Assembly: GCF_000372725.1 (NCBI RefSeq)
Contig: NW_005201391.1
Coordinates: 298,736 to 362,735 of the forward strand
Direction: 5' to 3'
Origin: Emiliania huxleyi CCMP1516
Lineage: Eukaryota
DNA length: 64,000 nucleotides
Each line of letters opens with the position of its first letter. Within the stretch, counting starts at the first letter, position 1. Position numbers and translations under genes: made by a program. Shown here piece after piece: positions 43,615 through 54,410 of this stretch. The notes beneath the pieces were generated by a model. The model was not told the origin of the DNA. It did not search any database and worked only from the letters and a program-made list of their open reading frames with translations.

Positions 43615-44990
43615 CACACGCGCGGCCGGCGCCTCTCATGCCCTTCTCCACGCACACCGCGTGAAAACTGCGCGTACGTCCCCGCGCGCACGCAAACACG
43701 CGCAGCGCCATTTCAGAGCTGTGCCATGTGCGTCTGCCCTGTGCTGGCGCCCCATGGCCGTCCCGCGCCGCCCGCACCAGCTGCGCGCCCCTCGCACTAC
43801 CAGAGCAAGCCGCATATCCACTCACGCCGCGACGCGCGCGCCGCAGCACACCTCACCAGCACTACCTCGCCTTTTTGCGCCCTGTGCAGGCTCTGCACAC
43901 TGCTTCAGGCATCTCACAAGCGGCTGTACCAGGACGCGCCGCGAGTACGACGCAGATACTGCACCACGCAAGGCGCGCACGCACGCACGCACACGCACGT
44001 GCGCTCATCCGCTCAGTCTTATGCACAGCCTGTCAGCCTGCCTGCACACACAGCATACAGCACCATCAGCCCGCGTACACTGCGCCCCTGCCGCCTCGCG
44101 CCTGTCTGCACTGCACGAGGCGCGCGCGTGGCACGCTGCGCGCACGCACGCCCGCACGAGCGCGCGCGCGCGCTCATCCGCCCAGTCTGCTGTGCACAGC
44201 CTGTCAGCCTGCCTGCACACACAGCATACAGCACCATGTGCACGCATACGCTTAGACGCAGCCCGCACCCCACTACAATAGCCTGCCTCACGCCTCACCA
44301 CGCCGTCTCGCGCACACCGCCAGCAGCCCGATCAGAGAAACTGCAGCGCGCGCCTCTGCACGCCTGCAGCTTCTCTGCATTCTGAGACCTTCTCAATCCA
44401 CCCCGCCGCCGCGCCTCCCCGGGCACACACCGCAGCAGTGAAGATGTGAGTCGAAGTATGGGATATCGACCGAGCCCGCGCCTGCCGCACACGTTTCCGT
44501 TCTTTTTACTGCCTAAGCATAAAAAGAAAAAACACCATGGCGAAAATCGTTTAACAAACAGCGACGACCAGCAGCAACGATTTACAGCAGCGTCCTGCCG
44601 AGTGTGTGTAGCACCGACGCAGACGCACCCCAGGCACTACACTACGACGGCTAGGCAGACCTCACCAGTCCGATAAGGATCAACTGGAAGGTTGAACCTC
44701 GAGCTTAGACAGAACGGGCGCGACAGACTCCAGGGGAGATCGCGCTCTACTCGGGGCACCAAGGAGGAAAACCGAAACCGTTTGGGTGCCCCACAAAAAC
44801 CCAAACGCTACAACCTAAAAGTCACACCTCCCCCCCACGTCCCCCCCCCCTTGGGGACGTAGCGCACGCCCTTACTCGGAGAGAGTGGGGGGGGAGGGGG
44901 GGTGGGGGAATAGGAGGAGCCGTCGAGCTCGGAGTAAGGTCCACAGTAGAGAGACAGGCATTTAAGGCGTAACTTCACCCTCGCTCACCT
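43615..44990 (+). repeat. About 1.3-kb dispersed repeat, copy 1 (unclassified TE)
   Basis: Colinear with 59115-60430; internal duplication of GCACAGCCTGTCAGCCTGCCTGCACACACAGCATACAGCACCAT. Confidence 0.8.
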
Positions 44991-45557
44991 TGAGTATATC
45001 TAGGCGCCCTGGTGCAGTCGGTCTTCGGATCAGCGGCCAGCTTCCCATCTAGGGCAGGGAACCCCCAGCGACGCTAGTGTGGCCTACGGTAGCCATAGCT
45101 TGTACGCGATCCCGGGGCAGGGGGGTGTGGACTCTGGAGCTCCAAGAAAGGATAGGGAGAGGAAGGGAGATTGGTGTGCCGGTTTTTCGCGTTAGCAATT
45201 TTTTTTGATATGTGTGGTGTGAGCCGTCGCGCCGTTATATCAGTTAAAGGATAAAGCCGTTTACTGCGATTACTCGTCTGTGTGCGGCACCGCGAGAGCG
45301 AGCGTCCTTGTGCACAATTCCTCGCGACGGCGAGATACACAGAGTGACATCCGGCATGGACATCCCCCGCCTCAGCGTCTCGCCGATTATAGCGGCAACG
45401 TGTGTGCGGCGCCCCTCAGTTCGAGCCCGTTGCGAGGGGCTCGAGAGGAGGGAGAAGAAACTGGCATGCCAACCGGCCTGCTGATGCGGAGATGACAGCG
45501 TGGCACTGGCGGAAAGATGCGGCCGCGCTGCGAGGCGAGCCGCAGCCTGGCACCGTT

Positions 45558-47964
45558 TCAGCGAGACGCGGCGGCGAGTACAGCGGCGACCGCCAGCGCG
45601 GCGGCGACGGCCCACCAAACCAGCCGCCCGCCCGCCGGCTGTGGCTTGGCCTGCCGCGACTCGACATATTCGATGTCGCTCACGTCGACGCCGAGCCGCT
45701 TGGCCACCTAGAGCAGGAGAGCAGCCATGGCGGGACAGACAGCTGGCAGGCGCGCCGAGCCGCTTGGCCACCTCGATGGCGGAAGTGACGCCGTTCTCGA
45801 GGAGCGGCATCGAGCAACGCACGTACGAGCCGACCTGGAAGAGGAGAAGGGTGTGAAGAAGCCAGCAGAGACAGGGGAGCAGCAGCGCGTGTGCGAGCCG
45901 ACCAGCCACAGCGAGCCGCGACCCTGGCAGCGCGCGAGCTTCCCCATCGCTCGCACCGCAGCTGGGTCGACGATTGGCCTGAAGTAAGCTGAGGATGTGA
46001 GAGTGTCTTGCCTGTGTGTCGGCGTGTCGCTCTCCAATGTGCGGCCGTCTCCCCGCCCTCGCGTCCATCCATACCGCGCCGGTGCCCCCCCCCCCCCCCC
46101 CTTGTCAACCTGTCTATCTATCATCTCCGCCTCTCGAACGCCACGTCCGCCTCGACCGCCTCCGGCCGCGGCTCCGTCACGGGGTTCCACGTCTGAAACA
46201 CGGGCGCAGAGAGGGACTGCCGCAGCTTCTCGTCGATCGCGTTCATCCAGACGGTCACCGAAGCGGCGCTCCCCGTCGGAGAGACGACGAGATTGAGGGG
46301 CGACCAGTCGCGCCGGCGGGCGGGCATGAGCGACGCGTCCGTGTGCAGCAGCACGCGGAACCTCTCGCAGCGGAACGACCCCAACGCGTCGTACACTTCG
46401 CGGTCCGCACCCTCGCTCGCCTCGGCCGCCGGCCGCAGCAGCCGGCGCGCGGCGCTCACTTGCGTGGCGACGACCACCTGCGGGGGCCAACCTAGGGTGA
46501 GCCCCCCTACCCCCCAACCCTCGCCCCCCCCCCCGTGGGGAATCTGGAATCTCGCGCGCCTCGTCAAACGCCTCGCGGTGCGACGTCGCTCCGTCGGCGC
46601 CTCCGCCGCTGCTCCACTCGACGTGTGGCCTGCCACCCCAGATGAACCCAGATGAGCCCAGATGAGCCGAGATGAGCCGAGATGAGCCGCCGCTCCACTC
46701 GACGTGCCTTCCGCCCGCTTGCGAGGGGCGCACCTCCCGCACGGTGGCGCCTAAATCAGCCGAGATTCGGCGAGAGTCGCGGCCGAGCGGAGAAGCGGTG
46801 GAAGCGTGGCGAGCGCCCGTCTCGGGGGCCCCGGCGCGAGAATCCAATCTCAGCTCCCTCCCGGCTCTCTCTCTCTCTCTCGATAGTAGGGCGGCGGGAC
46901 GGCGCCCGTCACGCGGCGCGCCACCGGCTGCGCCAGCTTCGCCACCGCCTCGCGGGTGCCCTCGTGCGCGCGGCACTGCGCGCCCGAGAGGCCGTACTTG
47001 CCTACAGGAAGGCTCGGGGAGGCCTCAGACCAGGCTCGCACCAGGTGCCGGCTCAGACGGCCGCGCGTGCCTGCAAAGTAGTCGACGATGAGTGCCGCCG
47101 GGTAGGTGCGGACAGACGCATAGCTGCAGGTGCAGACGACGGAGAGCATCGGGTAGAGCAGGTCCGGCCCAAAGGCCTGCGGGGCGTGCCGCGGACGCGT
47201 GTCGGGGGTGGGTGGGTGGGTGGGTGGGGGGGGGGGGGCTGTCGTGGACAGGCCCAGGCGCAGGTGGCAGAGGGTCCGAGGGCCTGCGCGTAGCCGTTTG
47301 CCGCTAGGAAGTCCTCGAGGCAGAGGTCGCCCATGCCTGGGAGGGCGACCTGGGAGGGGCAGCGGGACGGCGCGGCGCAGTCGGGAGGGGGCGGGGCGGG
47401 AGGCAGGAGGCGGGGAGTGAGGGGGGACATCGGGCGGGGGCGCGAAGAGCAGGGAGGGAGGAGCAGCGAGGGAGGAGCGGCCAGGGCTTGAGCAGCCGCC
47501 TGCGCCGGAGAGCTGCGGAGGAAGCGGCCAAACTGGTACGCGAGCCGGAGGTAGCGCGGGAGGCGCTGCGGCGCGAGGAGCAGCGTGGGCGAAGGGAGCG
47601 GCAGCGCGAGGCCGCGGACGAGCAGGTTGACATACCGAAAGTAGGCGCCTCCGCCGCGGCAGTCGTCGACGAGGCTGAACGAGTAGTCTGCCGTGCCGAA
47701 CGCGACGCCGATCGAGCGGTAAAGGCGGCAGAGGTTTGGGTAGTAGCTCTCGGAGAAGACACGCAGCGGAATGTCCATCCGCGCGTTGTGCGACGTCTTT
47801 GAGTGCGCATCCATGCCTAGCACCTCCTCGCGCTCGATGAGCGTCACGTGGTAGCGCCGCGAGAGAAGGTGCGCCGCGGTGAGGCCGGCGATGCCGGAGC
47901 CGATGACGGCGACGCGCTTCTGCGGCTCCGCATTAATTGGGTACGGGTCCGCGGGGCGTGGCAT
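45558..47964 (-). CDS. FAD/NAD(P)-binding oxidoreductase (amine-oxidase-like, COG2907 type) with C-terminal TM; about 10 exons
   Basis: KRVAVIGSGIAGLTAAHLL (GxGxxG), MDIPLRVFSESYYPNL, LLHTDASLMP, FQTWNP, LWLVGSY...LLENGVTSAIEVAKRLG, TM LVWWAVAAALAVAAVLAAA. Confidence 0.88.
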
Positions 47965-48239
47965 GAGGCCAGATGCTCGTGTCCTTGAGAGCAGTGCTGG
48001 GCGGAGTCGGCCGACTGATGAATCGAATTTCTTCTTTTCGGACGGTAAGGTTGAGCAAGGAACAGCAAGGAAACGCTTTACCTAGATTCAACGAATTCAA
48101 CACTCCCTCGCACTCCTACCCAACGAGGGCGCGAGATAGGATTTTCGCGTCAGTGGCGGCCAAGACAGAAACAGCGTGCTACTGTCTTGAGTGCTGGAGG
48201 CGCCCCTGATGCCACTGGACTCAATCCGAGCCGGCGGCG

Positions 48240-49941
48240 CCTTCGTCCGGGCCCACGGCCGGCACGCCGTCAAATTTTCTCGCCGATCCCGCGCGCTCGG
48301 CCGCCACCGCGGCGCCTCCGAGAGCGCCGTTTCGACACGCTGCAGCCGCGGGCCGCGGCACCTCGACACACCGCCTCTCGCGCCGCCTTGAGGTGCTCCG
48401 ATCGTGCACGCGGGTCGGCTCGGCACGGTGCGTGCAAATTATTGCATGTATTCGCACTCGCTGCGCCACGTATCTGCCTCTGACGGCCCGATACGCCTCC
48501 TGAAGCGCCACCGGTCCACACACGCGGGGCTGCGCGACTCTCTCGCGGCCCACCGCCCTCCCACACGCCGTTCGACCTCCACACAGGCGCTCGCTCGAGC
48601 CTCGCCGTCCGGGCGGTCCTGCGCGTCCAGATCTTGGCGACCATGACCCGCCACGCGCCAGCTCTGCACCTCTCCCGCGCGCGCCCGGCTGCTGGCATGG
48701 CGTGGCGGGCGAGGCTGGCGCGCTGCGACCGGTGGAGCGCCGCGCGGGCAGCGCACCAGCCTCGCACGCACCTCTCCACTGCGCCGCGTGCGCCGCTGGC
48801 AGTGTGCTGCGAGGCTCAACATGTGGTCACAGGGTAGTCACGGTGTGGCTTGTGGTGGCTTGTGTGTGCTGATCGCTGGCTCAACACACCCCAGGTCGAG
48901 ATCGCGTGTTGAGACTGTGACGAGAGGCGACGCGCCGCGACCCGCGTCACATGGACATGGATACGGACAATCTCGGGCTCCCGGTCCGCCCCGCGTCGGA
49001 GGTCGCTGTGAATGTGTTTCTTTTTTCGTCTTCTCACAAAACGCGAGCGCACGTGTCCACGTTTCCGAAGAACAGGCGCACGCGGCGCGCAATGCCAGTC
49101 ACGGGACTGCCCCCCCCCGCCCGGTGCAGGGGGTGAGCCCCCGCTGGGCAGCCTCACCGCACTGCCCCCCCCCCCCCCCAGTGTGACGACGTTTTTTGGG
49201 TGTGAAGTCTGCGGTCGTCCCTTCGCCTTGCGCACTACCGCTCGTCCGCCATCGAGCCTTGGCTCGAGGAGCGCTGCTTCCGCACACACACACACTACGC
49301 TGCCGCCGCACCAAGAGCCTCGCTCAGACCGCGAGCTATGTGTGAACTCACCCGTCAAGGCCGCTGACTGCGTCTTAACGCAACTCGGCGCACGCGGCGC
49401 AGTGGAGAGGTGCGTGCGAGGCTGGTGCGCTGCCCGCGCGGCGCTCCACCGGTCGCAGCGCGCCAGCCTCGCCCGCCACGCCATGCCAGCAGCCGGGCGC
49501 GCGCGGGAGAGGTGCAGAGCTGGCGCGTGGCGGGTCATGGTCGCCGAGATCTGGACGCGCAGGACCGCCCGGACGGCGAGGCTCGAGCGAGCGCCTGTGT
49601 GGAGGTCGAACGGCGTGTGGGAGGGCGGTGGGCCGCGAGAGAGTCGCGCAGCCCCGCGTGTGTGGACCTGTGGCGCTTCGGGAGGCGTATCGGGCCGTCA
49701 GAGGCAGATACGTGGCGCAGCGAGTGCGAATACATGCGATAATTCGCACGCACCGTGCCGAGCCGACCCGCGTGCACGATCGGAGCACCTCGAGGCGGCG
49801 CGAGAGGCGGTGTGACGAGGTGCCGCGGCCCGCGGCTGCAGCGTGTCGAAACGGCGCTCTCGAAGGCGCCGCGGTGGCGGCCGAGCGCGCGGGATCGGCG
49901 AGAAAATTTGACGGCGTGCCGGCCGTGGGCCCGGACGAAGG
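48240..49941. mobile_element. Large inverted repeat / foldback element: ~555-bp arms (48240-48795, 49386-49941) around a ~590-bp spacer
   Basis: Arms are near-perfect reverse complements with scattered substitutions. Weaker complementarity continues out to about 48115 and 50040. Confidence 0.85.
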
Positions 49942-50197
49942 TCCTGGCTCGAAAACGCGAGCAGAGGCCGCCGTGTGGGGCCACGGCGAGCCTCGGCGAG
50001 AAAGGTTCGCACCCTATCTCACGCCATCGGTTGGGTAGTCGCACAATTCGAGCGCCCTCTCTCGCACGAAACCGGTACGGGACTGAGGAGAGAACGCCGT
50101 AGGGCCAAATCCAACATCGAAATAAAAAAGAAAATCGCGGCCGGACGGGCGACCGACCATAGCACCTTGCTGCGCTAAGGGCGCACGCCGACGCCCA

Positions 50198-52324
50198 ATG
50201 CCGGCCGAGTCGAGTTCGGCCGCGCTCGAGGGCGCGGACGAGGAGGCCGGCGGAGGACGCCAGGCTCCGCTCGCGCGCGTCACCCGCGCCAGCACCGAGG
50301 GCAACACGCCCGGCTCTCCTCGGGTCGGCGCCATCCGAGCGGCGATCCGGTACTCCATGGCCAGGGCCTCTCGGCTCTCGCGCCGTGGCCCGCGCATGGC
50401 GACGATGCTCGTTGGCGACGACACGACTGAGCTCGCCTTCATCAATTGCTCCTACACCATCCAGGTCACTAAGGCGGGGAAGCCGCTCCCGCCGCTCGCA
50501 AAGCTGCGTGGGATTGAGAGGAAGGAGCGGAAGCTGGTGGACAACGTGTCTGCGAATGTGCCAGGCGGACGGGTGCTCGCCGTGATGGGGCCGTCGGGCG
50601 CGGGCAAGACCACCATGCTCAACATGCTCACCCTGCTCACCGGCAAGGGCAACGCCACGGGATACCTGACGCTCAACGGCCACCCGCTCACTCCGGCGCT
50701 CTACGCGCAGCACTGCGCGTACGTGACGCAGCAGGACCTCCTCTGGACCTTCCTCACGTGCCGCGAGCACCTGCGCATGGCCATCGACCTGTACCGCCCC
50801 TCGCTCTCCGCCAAGGAGCGCGAGACCGCGATCGACGACCTGCTCGACTCGACCGGTCTGATGAGCTGCCAGCACACCAAGGCGGGCAACATGTTCTTCC
50901 GCGGGCTGTCGGGCGGGCAGAAGCGGCGCCTGTCGCTCGCGATCGCGCTGGCGAAGCGGCCGTCCGTCATCTTCCTCGACGAGCCCACCTCGGGCCTCGA
51001 CTCGGCCGCCTCCGCCAAGATCATGTCCTTCCTCAAGGTGATTGCGCAGCGCACCAAGATCGCCATCGTGTGCACGATCCACCAGCCGTCCGCGTCGGTC
51101 TTCGAGGGCTTCGACGACACGCTGATCCTGTCGGGCGGCCACATCGCCTACTTTGGCCCCGCGGCGCAGCTGGCGCAGCACCTGAAGGGCGTGGGCCGGG
51201 AGCTTCCCGCCAACGCCAACCCGGCCGAGTACGCGCTCGACGTCGTCAACGCGGACTTCACGTCCAAGGCGTCGGTGCTCGAGGTGCTCGACGCGTGGCC
51301 GAAGCACGCGCCCCCGGTCTTCCTGCGCGAGCCGCAGCAGCTCGGCGAGCGCGGCGCCGTGTCCGGCTTCGTGGGGCAGGTGCTGCTGCTGTTCAAGCGG
51401 CACGCGGTCCTGACAGTGCGAGAGCCGATGCTGTACACGGCGAGGATGGTGGTCATCTTTGCGGTGACCGTCTTCTTCTGCGTCGTCTACCTCGAGTCGC
51501 GCCAGCTCACGCAGGTGCAGATCATGCAAAAGGCCTTCTACGTCTTTTGGTTCGTCTGCGTGCCGGTGGCCTTCCCCGTCATCGCCGTCTACGCGCTCAA
51601 CGCCGAGTTTGTGACGGTGAAGAAGGAGGTCAAGGACGGCATGTACGGCCCGATGGCGTACGCGCTCGCAAACGGCCTGCTGCAGCTGCCGATGATGTTC
51701 GCCTTTGGGCTCTGCGCGATGCTGCCCACCTACCTCATCCTCGGCTGGCCGTGGCACACCTTCCTGACGACGCTCGCCCTCTTCTCCGCGCACTGCTGGG
51801 CGTTTGAGTGCATCGCGCAGTTCTTCTCGCTGAGCGCCAACCCGCTGGTCGGGATGCTCAAGTACCTCAACGTCTGGTTCATCTCGGCTCTCTTCTCGGG
51901 CCTCGTCTTCCGCGGCCGCGACGTCATCTGGCCGCTCCGCCTCCTCTACTACTGCCTGCCGATGAAGTGGTTCTTCGGCGCCACCGCGTACTCGATCATG
52001 GCCTCGTCGCCGCCCTACGAGGGGACGCTAGCCTGCAACAGCACCGGCGCCGGCGCCGTCTCCTACTGCCCGGACGAGGGCTTCTACTGCCCCTCGACCG
52101 AAGAGGACCCCTTCGGCCTCTCCTGCTATGGCGAGACGGGGCCGCAGATCCTCGACTCGCTCTCCAAGACCTACGACGCGATCTCGAGCGAGAACACCGT
52201 CCTTACCGACCTGATCGCCATCCTCGCCATCGGCGTCTTCTTCAAGGTCAACTACTGCGTCTACCTGTACGCGAGCTGCACGGCGGGCAGGATGCCGAAC
52301 CCGCCCCGCCAAATCAAGATTTGA
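50198..52324 (+). CDS. ABCG (White-family) half transporter; single exon
   Basis: Walker A GPSGAGKTT, signature LSGGQKRR, Walker B IFLDEPTSGLD, H-loop TIHQPS, followed by an ABC2 membrane domain. Confidence 0.95.
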   Translation: MPAESSSAALEGADEEAGGGRQAPLARVTRASTEGNTPGSPRVGAIRAAIRYSMARASRLSRRGPRMATMLVGDDTTELAFINCSYTIQVTKAGKPLPPLAKLRGIERKERKLVDNVSANVPGGRVLAVMGPSGAGKTTMLNMLTLLTGKGNATGYLTLNGHPLTPALYAQHCAYVTQQDLLWTFLTCREHLRMAIDLYRPSLSAKERETAIDDLLDSTGLMSCQHTKAGNMFFRGLSGGQKRRLSLAIALAKRPSVIFLDEPTSGLDSAASAKIMSFLKVIAQRTKIAIVCTIHQPSASVFEGFDDTLILSGGHIAYFGPAAQLAQHLKGVGRELPANANPAEYALDVVNADFTSKASVLEVLDAWPKHAPPVFLREPQQLGERGAVSGFVGQVLLLFKRHAVLTVREPMLYTARMVVIFAVTVFFCVVYLESRQLTQVQIMQKAFYVFWFVCVPVAFPVIAVYALNAEFVTVKKEVKDGMYGPMAYALANGLLQLPMMFAFGLCAMLPTYLILGWPWHTFLTTLALFSAHCWAFECIAQFFSLSANPLVGMLKYLNVWFISALFSGLVFRGRDVIWPLRLLYYCLPMKWFFGATAYSIMASSPPYEGTLACNSTGAGAVSYCPDEGFYCPSTEEDPFGLSCYGETGPQILDSLSKTYDAISSENTVLTDLIAILAIGVFFKVNYCVYLYASCTAGRMPNPPRQIKI

Positions 52325-52627
52325 GACGCGGCGCGTCATGCAGCAGCACACCTCCATGCGGCGGCGCGCGGCGCTCGCTACCCCGATGCGCCTACCCTCT
52401 GTCACTCGCCGCCGCCGCCCCTCCCTCGCCCCGTCGATATACATACGCCCAGCAATGTCCATAAGCGCTCCTTTAATTGTTGGGTGAGGCCTCGCAATCG
52501 CCCGACGTCGTGCTTCTCGTCTCTTGTGCCACACAAAGACGCTGTGTCGTGACCGTGAGTTTATTAGGTAAGTCTTGCTCTGTATTTTCCGGCCCTCGTG
52601 GTCGGCAGTTGAAGGGCGACGCTCAGA

Positions 52628-53548
52628 ACTGGTTGGGCTGGGTAGTAGTCTAAGTTCTGAGCCTGGAGGCCTAACGGGTCTAAGTGTGGCTAGCCACGCT
52701 GGAGTGCTTGCGCGGTCTAAGATCAGCGGGAGCCTCTTACATCGGCTAAGTCGGCCGTGGACGGCCTGGGGCCAAGAGGCTCCCACCGTGATCAACGTAC
52801 AAACGATACGGCGCAACCCCCAAATTTTCTTCGCCTGCGGCGGGCGATCGATCCTTCTCATGCTCAGCAATCGCCGCCTCAGCATCCTCCTCTTCCGATT
52901 CTCGTTGCTGCTTCTTGAGCGCAATCTTCGGCGACTTCTTCGCCAAACAGTTCTCACAAATAGCCTCAAGCTCAAACAAACGCATGTCAGAGAAGCCTGT
53001 GTATGCTGGTCCTCTTTGAACGATCCGCGCGTGAGGTAGCATAGGGCCTTGTTGACAGCAGCCAGCTTGTTGCGCTGCTTCGTTGCGATGAGCTGATATT
53101 GGGATCGCAGAAGTGCATGCCAAGCACCGCCACGATCTTGAAGCAGAACACATCGCAACCGCATCGTCCGCACTGCCATCGGCATGCCGCGCCCGCCGCT
53201 TCGCCGCAGCCGCCTTAAGGCACGCATAGCGGCAGCATATGGTACGTTGCGCGTACTTGAGCAGGCGTTGCGCGCCGCAAGTAGCGCACTGGCCCTGGGC
53301 GAAGGCGATATGGCGTCGTGCGCGGCAAACGTTGGTCGGGACGCGTCCAGGTATTTTTCGGGTAAACCTGAAAGCTTTTCAGGTATATCTTGGTTTTACC
53401 CGGAGTTGGCCTTATGTCGTCTAAGTTCATGGCCCCCGACCATGGGGGTCTAAGTCCGAGCCCGGCTCCGTGCGGGGGCTAAGTTGAGCGCTCGCTCGCT
53501 GCAGAGGCTAAGTGTAGAGCGACCCTCTAGCCCTACTACCCAACCATT
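52628..53548 (-). mobile_element. Copy 2 of the 29950-30865 element, inverted, 8-bp TSD
   Basis: ACTGGTTGGG ... CTACTACCCAACCATT; TSD CGCTCAGA (52620-52627, 53549-53556). Confidence 0.9.
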
Positions 53549-53751
53549 CGCTCAGACCCTCTCGCCGGGCCTTCGTCACCGATCGATCACAACCGCCCCA
53601 CCGGCACGCCACACAATCTCAGAGGACATGAAACGCCCCCTCTACTCGGAGCTAAGTGCCTCGCCGTCCTCGCAGGAGTCGCTTACGCGGCTCCCGTGGC
53701 GTACCTGTGTTAGATCTAGTGCCAGTGCGCGCCAGTCCTGTGCGCCCGCGC

Positions 53752-53854
53752 ACTTGGAGCACTTGGAGAGTGCAGTCATTAACCTCACATCCAGGGCCGG
53801 GGAGCTAAGAAGCGCACCCAGCGGGCCGGATGATCGGCATCGGGCTACGGGCAA
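53752..53854 (+). repeat. Second copy of the ~100-bp repeat at 19910-20010
   Basis: Direct sequence match. Confidence 0.85.
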
Positions 53855-54410
53855 ACCCCTAAGGAGGGGGGTGCGCGTTCGCAGGGAAAGGGCCTTAAAA
53901 TAAACACGGGTCTCCGAGGAAAGAAAAGAAAGAAAACAGACAACTCAAGGGATTTCGGGGGGCAAACCCCGCCCGCCCCCTAGCGCCCCAGGTAAGGCCC
54001 AGGTGTGGCCTAGGGCATCAGAAGGGACCAAGAGGAGTCCAGTCTGAGCCATAGAGCCCATGTCTTTGCCCCCGAAGGTCGCGTTCAAATGCCCGGAACG
54101 GACGTTACAGTGGTGTCCGGCCGGCGCGATCACCGAGCTGTGACGCTCAGGGAAGCCCGATGAGGTGCTGGTTTCTTTGCCCAGGGCTGGCCTTCCCCCC
54201 AGGCTGGATCAGCTGAGCAAGGTTTGGGGAGAATCCTATAGAAGGATCTTCAGATATTTTGACGGATGACCGAAAATGGGCAAAAACGGGGTGATTAAAA
54301 TAAAACAACGAGTCACTTTTGACACACGGGTCTCGCTCCGACACACTTGAATCTACACACGCGACGCAGCTCGACTCTAATCTCGTCTCTGTGCCGCAAC
54401 TGCTCCGCCG

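Noticed and set aside
44655..44720. Hammerhead ribozyme in the dispersed repeat
   Set aside because: The minus strand has CTGGTGAG rather than CTGATGA, and no properly placed GAAA core was found.
49535..51793. 752-aa antisense ORF over ABCG, and many similar long Arg/Ala/Pro-rich ORFs
   Set aside because: Shadow ORFs caused by high GC3 codon bias; no protein motifs.
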